From: an uncultured virus (IMG/VR IMGVR_UViG_3300030012_002620)
Lineage: Duplodnaviria > Heunggongvirae > Uroviricota > Caudoviricetes > Crassvirales
Strand: one strand, 5' to 3'
DNA: 64,000 bases
IMG/VR virus record: IMGVR_UViG_3300030012_002620
Under the pieces are notes generated by a model, which saw nothing but the letters and a program-made list of their open reading frames with translations, did no database searches and was not told the origin of the DNA. Below, piece after piece: positions 9,093 to 19,052 of this stretch (positions are counted from its first letter, which is position 1; each line of letters opens with the position of its first letter). Position numbers and translations under genes: made by a program.

Positions 9093-9470
9093 ATGTCAGA
9101 CAAACCAAAAAAAATAATACAATTCAATAAAGCTTTTGACATTCCTATTAATAAAAAACCAACTTTACTCGACAGTAAAGAATATAATTTAAAATATAAT
9201 CTACTTAAAGAAGAACTAGACGAATACTATGAAGCTTGTGTAAATGGCGACATGGTAGGGGTTAGTGATGCGATTGTCGACATGCTGTACGTTTTGTACG
9301 GGTTTGTTGTACATCATGGTTTGTCAAACGTCATTGACGAAATGTTCGATGAAGTTCACAAATCTAATATGAGTAAACTTGAAAACGGAAAGGTTTTAAG
9401 ACGGACAGACGGAAAGATTTTGAAAGGTTCAGAGTTCTTTAAACCAAACTTAAAACAATATATGGATTAA
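9093..9470 (+). CDS. MazG-like nucleoside triphosphate pyrophosphohydrolase
   Basis: LLKEELDEY..DAIVDMLYV..EVHKSNMSK..DGKILKG motifs. Confidence 0.88.
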   Translation: MSDKPKKIIQFNKAFDIPINKKPTLLDSKEYNLKYNLLKEELDEYYEACVNGDMVGVSDAIVDMLYVLYGFVVHHGLSNVIDEMFDEVHKSNMSKLENGKVLRRTDGKILKGSEFFKPNLKQYMD

Positions 9471-9471
9471 T

Positions 9472-9642
9472 ATGGCAATTACATCACGTGAGCGGTACAT
9501 TACCAACGCATTTAACAAAATGCACGGTAAACTCGACTCCGCTTTCGAAGATGTTTTTGATGGAGAATTTGAAGAGTGTAAGAATACCATTAATTCATTG
9601 ATTTATGATTTAAAAGATTTCAAAAAATCAATGGAGACATGA
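9472..9642 (+). CDS. 56-aa hypothetical protein (absent from the ORF track)
   Basis: MAITSRERYITNAF...KKSMET*; fills the gap with an ATGA overlap into the next gene. Confidence 0.65.
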   Translation: MAITSRERYITNAFNKMHGKLDSAFEDVFDGEFEECKNTINSLIYDLKDFKKSMET

Positions 9643-10736
9643 AGAAAAGAGTACGTATTACACCAGAAGAAGCGCAGGCACTTGGCATAAAATCAAAGCC
9701 AATTGAGAAAGGTAGAAGAACTTTCAGAACCTACCTAACATCAGACCAAAGAACTCAACTAAAAGAAATAAAACACAAAGGAGTCGTTGTTTTTTGTGAA
9801 GAAAGAGGCATAGATTTCAATAGTGTAAAAGAATATTGGGATAAGACAAAAGAATATTCTATAAGGGTAAGACCAGAAGTTCTTTCTTATTCTGACATAT
9901 GTGAGGATATAATTAAGGAAATGGATAAACATTCTCCTAATTATAAAACCATAAAAAGAAAAAAACTTAAGAGCCCACACTTATTAGTATTGGATCCCGC
10001 AGACATACACATAGGTAAGCTTGCTACAAGTTTTGAAACAGGTGAAGCTTATGATCAGGAGATAGCGGTACAAAGAGTGAGAGAAGGAGTTGAGGGAATA
10101 CTAAACAAGTGTTACGGATTTGATTTAGAAAAAATAGTTTTAGTTATAGGAAACGATATATTACATATAGACACACCAAAAAGACAAACAACGTCAGGAA
10201 CTCCACAGGATACAGATGGTATGTGGTATGAAAACTTTATGAAAGCAAAGTCTTTATACGTAGAAATTATAGATAAGCTTATGGCTATTTGTGATGTGCA
10301 TGTAATGTATAACCCTTCTAATCATGACTATACAAACGGATTCTTTTTAGCTGACGTTATAAAGTCTTGGTTTAGAAAAACAAAAAATGTTACGTTTGAT
10401 ACAGCAATTACACATAGAAAATATTACAGGTACGGTATGAATTTAATTGGCACAACGCATGGTGATGGTGCGCGTGTCGCGAATTTACCATTGTTGATGG
10501 CAGTAGAATCTAAAGAATACTGGGCAGAATGTCGACATAGATACATATATACTCATCACGTACACCATAAAAACGCAAAAGATTATACTGGGGTGACAGT
10601 AGAAAGCCTAAGAAGTCCGTCATCAGCTGACTCATGGCATCATAGAAATGGATATCAACATAACCCAAAAGCTATTGAAGGTTTTGTTCATCACCCTGAA
10701 CACGGTCAAATAGCTCGATTAACACACATATTTTAA
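9639..10736 (+). CDS. Calcineurin-like metallophosphoesterase
   Basis: DIHIG, GNDILH, SNHD, HGD, HHVHH metal motifs. Confidence 0.85.
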   Translation: MKKRVRITPEEAQALGIKSKPIEKGRRTFRTYLTSDQRTQLKEIKHKGVVVFCEERGIDFNSVKEYWDKTKEYSIRVRPEVLSYSDICEDIIKEMDKHSPNYKTIKRKKLKSPHLLVLDPADIHIGKLATSFETGEAYDQEIAVQRVREGVEGILNKCYGFDLEKIVLVIGNDILHIDTPKRQTTSGTPQDTDGMWYENFMKAKSLYVEIIDKLMAICDVHVMYNPSNHDYTNGFFLADVIKSWFRKTKNVTFDTAITHRKYYRYGMNLIGTTHGDGARVANLPLLMAVESKEYWAECRHRYIYTHHVHHKNAKDYTGVTVESLRSPSSADSWHHRNGYQHNPKAIEGFVHHPEHGQIARLTHIF

Positions 10737-10912
10737 TGGAAGAAGAATGGACACAAATATCATTTTCTTTCTTTTGGCCTTATGAGGCGATGCTGGTAGG
10801 ATATGAAATGGTAGAGCCAAATGAAACACAACATTGGTATAGTTTTATGTTGCATTGTTTTTTTTGCACATTTAGATACGAATGGGGCTTCGGAGATAGG
10901 CCTTATTCATAA
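10736..10912 (+). CDS. 58-aa aromatic-rich hypothetical protein (absent from the ORF track)
   Basis: MEEEWTQISFSFFWPYE...GDRPYS*; TAATG overlap with the upstream gene. Confidence 0.6.
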   Translation: MEEEWTQISFSFFWPYEAMLVGYEMVEPNETQHWYSFMLHCFFCTFRYEWGFGDRPYS

Positions 10913-10919
10913 TTTTTTG

Positions 10920-10927
10920 TATATTTG
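10920..10927 (+). promoter_or_regulatory. TAnnTTTG promoter element
   Basis: TATATTTG just after the upstream stop. Confidence 0.6.
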
Positions 10928-10929
10928 TA

Positions 10930-11019
10930 AAGAGTTTATCATCTAGAGTTCTTATTAGTCGTATCGCTCTAGACAAGTTTTCATTGTAAAAACCCTTGCT
11001 AAACAGTGGGGGTTTTTTT
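10930..11019 (+). ncRNA. Candidate small RNA
   Basis: About 90 nt without an ORF between a promoter and a terminator; internal stem TCTAGAG/CTCTAGA. Confidence 0.45.
10988..11019 (+). terminator. Intrinsic terminator, possibly bidirectional
   Basis: AAAAACCCTTGCT-AAAC-AGTGGGGGTTTTTTT. Confidence 0.75.
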
Positions 11020-11033
11020 ATTATTTTTACATT

Positions 11034-11522
11034 ATGAACATCGAGGATAAATTTTATTGCAGTAGGGAGCCAGACGATACAGAAATCATAGTCATCAAAA
11101 ACTTATTAAAAAAAATAGATTTAAAAGGTTATTTAAATGACAACTTTATTTATGTGTTGTTGGAAGAAAATGAAGGAGGATTCGAAATATTATCTTTTGA
11201 AAATGATTATGTGTTTATAGCATCAAAAGAATTGAATGTTCCTAATAAAATGGCTATAGAGTATTTGATTGACAAAGTAGAGATTGATCAAGCGTATAAC
11301 GAGCTTTTGTTTGATACGAAAATTGGATCATTAAAAAAATATAAAACAGTAACCAAAGAAAAACTAACCAGAAAAGGTGTAGTAAAAAAGTATTCTTCCT
11401 ATGACATATTTGCTTCTACCAAAAAAGAAGCTGGTCAAATCTTAAACAAGATAGGTATTTTTGACTACCTTAGCATTGAAGATGTATCGAAGAAGAAAAA
11501 AAAGACAGATAACGAGACATAA
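11034..11522 (+). CDS. Hypothetical protein
   Basis: 162 aa ORF. Confidence 0.65.
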   Translation: MNIEDKFYCSREPDDTEIIVIKNLLKKIDLKGYLNDNFIYVLLEENEGGFEILSFENDYVFIASKELNVPNKMAIEYLIDKVEIDQAYNELLFDTKIGSLKKYKTVTKEKLTRKGVVKKYSSYDIFASTKKEAGQILNKIGIFDYLSIEDVSKKKKKTDNET

Positions 11523-11937
11523 GAAAACAAAGATTGACGGCATAGAGTTTCAGTCTAAGTTAGAGTCGCACATGTATCTGCTCCTAAAATCTCACAAAAT
11601 TCCAAACGAATACGAAGGAACAAAATTCACAATCATTGACGGGTTTGAACTGCCTTTCAGTTCTTATGAAAAAACTCCTAAGAAAAAATTCTTACACGAT
11701 AAAGGTCATAAAAAAATATTACCCATAACATACACTCCAGATTTCGTTGATACTCAAAACCCACCAAGATATATTATTGAATGTAAAGGAAATCCTAACG
11801 AGAGATTTCCAATGGTGTGGAAGCTTTTTAAACGCTATCTAACAGTAAATAATATACACCCAGACCTCTTTGTACCAAGGAACCAAAAAGACTGCTTAGA
11901 AGTCGTTAAAATTATTAAGGATAAATATTTTACTTAG
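11482..11937 (+). CDS. PD-(D/E)XK endonuclease (DUF1064 / T7 endonuclease I-like resolvase)
   Basis: DGIEFQSKLE, ITYTPDF, IIECKG motifs; ATG 11482 preferred. Confidence 0.8.
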   Translation: MYRRRKKRQITRHKKTKIDGIEFQSKLESHMYLLLKSHKIPNEYEGTKFTIIDGFELPFSSYEKTPKKKFLHDKGHKKILPITYTPDFVDTQNPPRYIIECKGNPNERFPMVWKLFKRYLTVNNIHPDLFVPRNQKDCLEVVKIIKDKYFT

Positions 11938-14900
11938 GAACTTTTCCTTTTTCTTTTTGCTCCTCTAAAGTTTCCCAGTATCTAGACATTTCAACTTTCA
12001 TTAATGGATCAGGCTGATCACCAGGCGTTCCACTCACAGGAGATTTTGCAGTTGTAATATATCTTTCTATTCCTCTTTCCATTCTATCTAAATATCTAGT
12101 TATTTCTGCTGCAGGACCTGTTGGAACTGCTCCAGTTGCTACTAAAACTCTCAGCATAGCAAGCATTCCTATGCTATTATCTAACTTTTGATTAATTAAT
12201 TCGTGACCGTATCCCGCGTACTGTGTTACGTTAATACCAGGAGGAACAGTTTTTAGTATCTTGTTTTCTTCTAATAAATTGAGCGCGTCTATAACTTTTT
12301 CTGATTGATCTAACGCTATACCAAATAACCCTAAATTTTCTCTAATAAAAGCACCTGCTTTTTGAGTAGTGGTTAATTTATCATTAAACAAATCTTCAGA
12401 TAAATATTCTAAAAATATTGGCTCATCAGTTAAACCTGCTTCTTGCGACACATAATTTATAAGAGAATAAACTCCAGAATTTACAGCACCTGGGGTTGGT
12501 AAAGGGTTAAATGTAGAAATCATATCTTGCACTACAGCCTGCATTACATTGTTATTTTTTGGTGTTAGATTTACTTTATTAGTATATGTCTTACCAAACT
12601 CTATAATATCATCAATAGCCATAACTGCGTCATCTCCCACCATACCTCTCATAGATGCTTTAACATATGCATTTAAAGCTTCTACAGACTCCATGTTTGC
12701 TGCAGTCACTCCTTCTTTATCTAATTCTTCTCTAAAGTTTTTCATAAACTCAGCGTCTGATAAAGGAAGCATGACTTCAGATATCATCATATTCAAACCT
12801 CCGTATCTTTCTATTTCTTCTTCGCTGAACCCAAATAAAACTTCAGGTAGTGTGCCATATAAAGTTGCAGCCATAGTAACTTTTAAAGCTTGGAATGTTC
12901 CTACCTCTAACATTAATCCCTGCATTTTTCTATTAGCTTCCTCTCTTTGTTCTTGTGGAACATTAGGATCATTTGCTATAGTATATTGAGTCCAGAAATT
13001 GGTTTTAGCATTTAATCCAAACTTAGCATAAGGGAATATAGTTCTTATGGTATTTTTTACAAGACCTGATTGGCTTTGCTTGTATATACCAGCTTCAGAT
13101 AGTTCGTTTGACGGTCTCATAACTTCTTTTATAATGCCATCTGCATAATTAATAGCCCCTATGTCGGGATTTTCATTTTCTTTTTTCCACCACTCCATTC
13201 TTCCTTTAGCATCTCCAGGATACTTGGAACCATTTTTAATTTTGTAATCTAAATAATGTGCTTCAAATGATGCATTAGCAGCAGCTTTATCCGCTCTTGC
13301 TAAAAATACTTCTAATGCAAGCTCAGAGTTTTGTTGCATTCTGTTTAGAATTGCATCAAATGTATACGAGCCACTTATACCAAACTTAATAAATGTAGTT
13401 TCAGGTATACCAAAAGTGTTTGCATAATATGAAACATCTCTTTTAGTTGTTTTATCTAAAGGTAACTCTGCTGTAATAGCATTTCTTAATGAAGTTTGTG
13501 ATTTAGCATATATGTTTGACTTATCACCTTGACCGAATAAATCTTGTATAAACTTAGTTGCGTAACTTTTTGCTTTAGTTCCATTACTAGCTTGAGATAA
13601 ACCAAAGATAAACAACCCACTTTTACCTTGTAAAAAAGCTCTTGCTTCAGGAGAGTTTACTCTCATCATATTGTTTCCTATTGCACTGTAATACTGTTGT
13701 GTTGGCTGAGTTAAACTTGCTAAAGCTGTAGCAGAACCAACTGATAGTATAGTACTTGCTGTTTCATTGAACTTTTTACCAAAAGTTGTTTGTTTACCAA
13801 AGAAATTATTATCTCCATAATCAGTATATGGGTTTCTTCCTTTGTTAACTTCTCCATTAAATGTTTTCAAGAACTCATCACCAAATAAACTTTTAAAAGT
13901 ATTAAAATCATTTTCATTACTGAATTGCTTTTTAAACAGTGGATTGTTAAACAAATTATATAATGTCATTACATCCTGTCTTGCTGTTGCATCTAAATCT
14001 GAACCTTTAAGTGAGTGAAAAGAATTTTTCATGTAATCACCAAGGTTTAATCTCATACCTTCAGCTATATAACTATCAGGAACAGTAGCATATTGTAAAG
14101 AACCAGCTGTTGACCATCTTCCAGCCTTGTTAGCCGTAGGGTCTTCATATTGCATTTCATCTAATACACTAGCGTCTAAATCATTAGGTATTACAAACAA
14201 AGGCATGTAGTTGTCAAAGTTTTTCCACTTTTGTCCAAAACCTCTAACTCTAGCACGAGCAGCATCTTCTCTTTCTGCATAAATGCTTCTAATTCTTTCA
14301 ACCACATCTACGTTATGCTGACTAGCATTAGGTAGTATGTCTGAATAATTAGCAGCTTCTACTAATTTTAGTTTGTCGACAACAGCTTGTAAAGCTTCAT
14401 ATCTACCCTTATAAGTTCTTTTATCTTTACCAGAACTATTTTCGTACTCTTTTTTTCTTAGTTCTAATTCTTCTAAAATATTTCTTTTGTATCTATTAAA
14501 TTCACCATTAGGGTCTGGCGCATCTCTATCTATTCTACCAAGTCCTGAAATAATAGACATTTCATAATCATCTTGTAGCGTTACTGGTCTACGTTCTGGA
14601 ATTAGTTTAAAACTAAAAATTGATCTCCTTGTAGTGCTCTTACCTCTACCTACGTTATAAATGTCTAAGAGCTCATTATATAGACCTTGGTTTCTTAAGT
14701 TAACTTCTGCTTCTTTCTGTAGTATATTTTCATATAAATTAATAAATGGAGCTGCAATTCTTTTATCTCTAATCAAAAGGTTTTTAAGGATATCTAAAGT
14801 TGCAATATTCTTTTTACTTACATTGCCTTTATTAAATATTTTAAATCCAGTATAGTCACCAGCGTACATTTTTAATATAGGATTCATGGCTCCACTTGGG

Positions 14901-17900
14901 AATATATCTATAGGAGCAGATAATTGACTTGATATATCTACTGCAATTCCATACGCATCTATTATAGCATTTACTCTTTGTATAGGGAACCTTCCTTTAT
15001 CAATAGTAAGTATATTTTCTTGTGTTGTATTTAATGTTTCAAAAAACTTAATTAAAACTTGCTTGTCGCCTAGAGGTAAGTTTGCTAAAAGCTCATTGTT
15101 GCCAAGCTCATTGTATTTAGAAATCTTACTAAGTATAGACTCAATATCTTTTTTCAAATCTAAATCTACATTGTCTATGGTAATTTTACCTGTGTCTTGG
15201 TCTACTTCACCTGACGTAGCTTCCAAACTAGAAACAGCATCTAATAACCTGTCTGCTCCTAACTTCATTTGTTCATTTAAATCAAACTCTCTGCTAAAAT
15301 TAGGATCTATTTCCATATCATAAACATCTTTTGGATTTTGGTTTCCAAACCCTGGAGCAGGTATGATGTCTAATGGTATGTTCTCTATATTCTCATTTTT
15401 TAAAAGCTCAATGTCGTTTAAATATAACTCAATAGCTTTATCTTCTATTTTTTGTGCAAATTCTTCAGTATTTGTTTCGTTTCCAGACTTATCTGTTACT
15501 ATTAAAGGTCCCCCCATTTCTGTTTCTTTTACCTGAAACTCATCATCATTCATAACTTCTCTATAAGCAGCGTCTATGTATTTAGCTTTATCATCAAATG
15601 GTAAAAATTCAAAAGCGCCTTTTGAACCAACACCATTCACTATTTTTGTTAGTTCGCCTTTCATTCTAGCTATGTTTTCAAACGCAGCTTGTTTTGATGC
15701 TTGCGGGAGCCCATCATTGTTTACTACAGCTTCTGCTTCGGATATATCTCTAAGCAAATCAACAAACCTAATCTTATCTTCTTTGCTTAAATTAGCTACT
15801 AAATCAGCTCTGTTTGTTTCTATGGTTTCTATTTCTGTTTTTAAACCAGCTGTGTAGTCTGTAGCCCACTTGAAAAAATTACTTGACTCTATTTCTTTGT
15901 CTGTTTTTCCTTCTTCTTTTTGATTTTTAACATACGTTGCTAAAGCCTGGTCTATATTTATTTTTTGGTCTACTAAAGTATAATAGTTGCCATTACCTAT
16001 ATTGTTTTCAATAGTTAAATTAACATGAGCATCTAAAACAGAATTTCCTTTTAACCTTACTGCAGCAGCCATACCTGTCGAAGAAAATGCTGTAGTGTAT
16101 GTAGTGTTTTTTAATTTGTTTGCTAATTCTTGTCGATCAAACTCTCTGATACCCATAGCTGATTCGAATACATACTGCCATAAAGCTATACCATTCTCTT
16201 CTAAATTTTCATAAACTAAAGCCTTTCCTTCTATACCCCACAACCTATTCAATTGATTATGGAATCCTTTATCAAACCTAAATCTAAAATCACTTGCTAA
16301 TTTTTTTATACTTTCTTGTGTTTTTAATTCTGGATTTATTTTACCTCTTTTTAAAAAGTCAAAGCTTTTAAAATACCTCATGGTAAACAAAGCAGTAAGC
16401 GCAGTTTCAATACTTGCGTTACCACCAGCTAAAGCTCTAAGCTTCCAATCAGAAGAATCCATCATGTTAACTTCTGCTTGAGTCATAGATATACCAGCAT
16501 TTTCCATATTGACTAAAGACTCTCTTTGCCTTCTAAAATCATACAAGTTTTCACCATAAGAATTCAAACCAACCATAGCAACACCTAATTTAGGATTTGC
16601 CATGAAAGCTGCAATATATGGTGTTGATGAAGCAAAAGGCTCGTTAGCTAAAAATAAAAACTCACCTAAATCATCAGCGTTACGTATTTCTGTAGACCAC
16701 TCTGGTAAATATTGTTTTCTTAGTCTTTCTGCATTTCTTTTATCAAAAACAGAACCTAAACTTAACATAGGTAAGCCTCCATAACTAAAAATACTTGGGG
16801 TGCTTAAAAAAGGTTCTGGAACACCTATTGTTCTTAATACATCATTACCTATTTCTTTTACACTACCACCTATATCAAGTAACTCTATACCTACACCTTG
16901 TAAAAAGTTTTCTCCCCACTCATAGCTTAAGTCCAGGTAGTTTGTAAATTTATTTTTATAACCAAACAAACCTTTAAAATTTGTTTCGTTTCTTTCTAAT
17001 AAAGCCTGGGCTCTTTCTATAACAGGTTTTAAAACACCATAATCATCTGGATTACCTACTTTAATATCGATTTCTCCTAACCTAGCTTCACTGTTTAATG
17101 ATGGGTCTGTAACTATATTATATAATTCGTTATATGTAGAAGGTCTTCCATCTATTGTTATACCTTCTGAAGGGTAATGATCTTGAACGTTCATTCCCAT
17201 TTGCTCTAGAAATTGAAAACTCATTAAAGCAAGCTCACCTTCCAAAGGAATGCTTTTGTAATTATCATTCATTCTCAAAGCAAAACCAGTATTCTTTGAA
17301 GCTGTGTTCATAGAATTCCTAAGTTCTTCTGCATAATAATCTAATACTTTTTCTATTATTGCTCTTTTTGTTTTCTTGTTTCCTTTCCCATCTACAAACA
17401 CATCATTTAATGATGCATTTCTATTCAGTATTAAATTCAAACCATCTAAACTATTAACGCCAAAATCAAAAGCAAACTGCATTTGCTCACTTAGATTACC
17501 TCTCATTGGGTTTATGTCAATCGTAGGAATTGAATATTCATCTTCAACAGACGTATCTTCCATGTTATTCAATTTTTCTCGAATTAAATTCAAGAACTGC
17601 ATAACTTTTTTTGGATCATATAAATTTTCTTGTGCCAAACTCTTGTTCATATCAAACATATCTTCTGGATTCATATTTACTCCTAAATCCTTGGCTAGTC
17701 TCACAATCATTCTGTTGTGAGATATGTTTAATTCTGTCATTTCATAGAAATGATCTCTTAAAACAAATAATTTATTTTCTTCATTATTAGAAAACTCGTA
17801 TCCTAAATTTGTAATAGGCGAAGCGTCTGATGCAGCTGCCCCCATGTTTAATTTAAACTCAGTCAATTCTTTTGTATAAAACTCTGGTCTAATAATAGTT

Positions 17901-19042
17901 CCATAATTAGGTATGTCTGCATCAAGAGGAGTTCCGAAAGCGTCTATCATAAAATCTTTTCCAATACCCGCAAAAGCACCACCATATACATTTTGCTCAA
18001 AAAGAACATTATCGTTTTGGTCGTATATAACAATACTCTCTCTTGCGGCTGCAAAAGGAGAGGCTTTTGTAGATTTTGCTTCAGCTTTGAAACCAAAATG
18101 CCTAAACTTTTTATTAAACATATTTGCAGCTTCGTTAGATGTACTTAATATAAACTCAGAACCCAATCCTTTAATTGCATCACCTAAAGCTCCATTTATT
18201 TCAAAACTATAATCCCATTCTGGATTACTACTGTTAGATTTTGAAGAGTTTACTTTATATGCGTTTTGCCAAATCTCACTCCCATTATATAAATCAAAAT
18301 TTGTTTTTTTTATATTATATTCATTCCAATAAACAACACCTACTGCTCCGTAAGGCGATGGCTCTAAGCCATATCTTACATCACTTACTGAAGGCTTAAG
18401 CTTGTTGTCTTTTCGCCTCATAAGTCCTGGAGCATCTAAATTTGTTCCATCACCAAGCACCCATCCCAAAGACCCTGTATTTTTTAAGTTTTCTGCATAT
18501 TGTCGAGCTCTTTCGTTTGCATTTACACCACCCCCAGCATAGAATTTCTTTGGTGTTTTACCACTTGTAATGTCGTCGTCTTTTATACTTTCTAAATCAA
18601 CTTTTTCTTTTAAAGCTTCTTCTTGCTTTTGATTTAAAATATAATCTGCTTTTAATCTATTTTTTTTATCTTCCTCAGCTTCTAAATCTCTAAATGAATT
18701 ATAAAGATTATTTAAAGCATCATCTGACATTATAGGTTTGTTTGCAAAGAAAGATGTTTCTTGATGATATTCTTTAAAATCATCAAAACTACCGTTTATA
18801 ATTTTATTAATTTGGAATTCAGAATTTGATTTTATACCTGTTTCTTGCTGAAATGTATTAATAAAGCTTGATAATTTATTTCTACTTATAATAGGCTCGA
18901 CTACAATTGTATCAGGGTCAATATCAGATTTTTTGTTACTGGGAGATATTCCTACAAACTCTGGATCTTTAGATAAATCTAAATTGTTTTTCTTATTACC
19001 AGGATCTCCAGTTAAAATAATGTTTTCGTTTTCCCCTTCCAT
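11930..19042 (-). CDS. Large internal virion (ejection) protein
   Basis: 2370 aa, helical-looking, almost no Cys; last of three genes after the tail module, as in podoviruses. Confidence 0.6.
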   Translation of the reverse strand: MEGENENIILTGDPGNKKNNLDLSKDPEFVGISPSNKKSDIDPDTIVVEPIISRNKLSSFINTFQQETGIKSNSEFQINKIINGSFDDFKEYHQETSFFANKPIMSDDALNNLYNSFRDLEAEEDKKNRLKADYILNQKQEEALKEKVDLESIKDDDITSGKTPKKFYAGGGVNANERARQYAENLKNTGSLGWVLGDGTNLDAPGLMRRKDNKLKPSVSDVRYGLEPSPYGAVGVVYWNEYNIKKTNFDLYNGSEIWQNAYKVNSSKSNSSNPEWDYSFEINGALGDAIKGLGSEFILSTSNEAANMFNKKFRHFGFKAEAKSTKASPFAAARESIVIYDQNDNVLFEQNVYGGAFAGIGKDFMIDAFGTPLDADIPNYGTIIRPEFYTKELTEFKLNMGAAASDASPITNLGYEFSNNEENKLFVLRDHFYEMTELNISHNRMIVRLAKDLGVNMNPEDMFDMNKSLAQENLYDPKKVMQFLNLIREKLNNMEDTSVEDEYSIPTIDINPMRGNLSEQMQFAFDFGVNSLDGLNLILNRNASLNDVFVDGKGNKKTKRAIIEKVLDYYAEELRNSMNTASKNTGFALRMNDNYKSIPLEGELALMSFQFLEQMGMNVQDHYPSEGITIDGRPSTYNELYNIVTDPSLNSEARLGEIDIKVGNPDDYGVLKPVIERAQALLERNETNFKGLFGYKNKFTNYLDLSYEWGENFLQGVGIELLDIGGSVKEIGNDVLRTIGVPEPFLSTPSIFSYGGLPMLSLGSVFDKRNAERLRKQYLPEWSTEIRNADDLGEFLFLANEPFASSTPYIAAFMANPKLGVAMVGLNSYGENLYDFRRQRESLVNMENAGISMTQAEVNMMDSSDWKLRALAGGNASIETALTALFTMRYFKSFDFLKRGKINPELKTQESIKKLASDFRFRFDKGFHNQLNRLWGIEGKALVYENLEENGIALWQYVFESAMGIREFDRQELANKLKNTTYTTAFSSTGMAAAVRLKGNSVLDAHVNLTIENNIGNGNYYTLVDQKINIDQALATYVKNQKEEGKTDKEIESSNFFKWATDYTAGLKTEIETIETNRADLVANLSKEDKIRFVDLLRDISEAEAVVNNDGLPQASKQAAFENIARMKGELTKIVNGVGSKGAFEFLPFDDKAKYIDAAYREVMNDDEFQVKETEMGGPLIVTDKSGNETNTEEFAQKIEDKAIELYLNDIELLKNENIENIPLDIIPAPGFGNQNPKDVYDMEIDPNFSREFDLNEQMKLGADRLLDAVSSLEATSGEVDQDTGKITIDNVDLDLKKDIESILSKISKYNELGNNELLANLPLGDKQVLIKFFETLNTTQENILTIDKGRFPIQRVNAIIDAYGIAVDISSQLSAPIDIFPSGAMNPILKMYAGDYTGFKIFNKGNVSKKNIATLDILKNLLIRDKRIAAPFINLYENILQKEAEVNLRNQGLYNELLDIYNVGRGKSTTRRSIFSFKLIPERRPVTLQDDYEMSIISGLGRIDRDAPDPNGEFNRYKRNILEELELRKKEYENSSGKDKRTYKGRYEALQAVVDKLKLVEAANYSDILPNASQHNVDVVERIRSIYAEREDAARARVRGFGQKWKNFDNYMPLFVIPNDLDASVLDEMQYEDPTANKAGRWSTAGSLQYATVPDSYIAEGMRLNLGDYMKNSFHSLKGSDLDATARQDVMTLYNLFNNPLFKKQFSNENDFNTFKSLFGDEFLKTFNGEVNKGRNPYTDYGDNNFFGKQTTFGKKFNETASTILSVGSATALASLTQPTQQYYSAIGNNMMRVNSPEARAFLQGKSGLFIFGLSQASNGTKAKSYATKFIQDLFGQGDKSNIYAKSQTSLRNAITAELPLDKTTKRDVSYYANTFGIPETTFIKFGISGSYTFDAILNRMQQNSELALEVFLARADKAAANASFEAHYLDYKIKNGSKYPGDAKGRMEWWKKENENPDIGAINYADGIIKEVMRPSNELSEAGIYKQSQSGLVKNTIRTIFPYAKFGLNAKTNFWTQYTIANDPNVPQEQREEANRKMQGLMLEVGTFQALKVTMAATLYGTLPEVLFGFSEEEIERYGGLNMMISEVMLPLSDAEFMKNFREELDKEGVTAANMESVEALNAYVKASMRGMVGDDAVMAIDDIIEFGKTYTNKVNLTPKNNNVMQAVVQDMISTFNPLPTPGAVNSGVYSLINYVSQEAGLTDEPIFLEYLSEDLFNDKLTTTQKAGAFIRENLGLFGIALDQSEKVIDALNLLEENKILKTVPPGINVTQYAGYGHELINQKLDNSIGMLAMLRVLVATGAVPTGPAAEITRYLDRMERGIERYITTAKSPVSGTPGDQPDPLMKVEMSRYWETLEEQKEKGKVPK

Positions 19043-19052
19043 CTACTTAAAT

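Noticed and set aside
11930..19042. Possible crAss-like virion RNA polymerase
   Set aside because: No DxDxD catalytic motif recognised; treated as an ejection protein.
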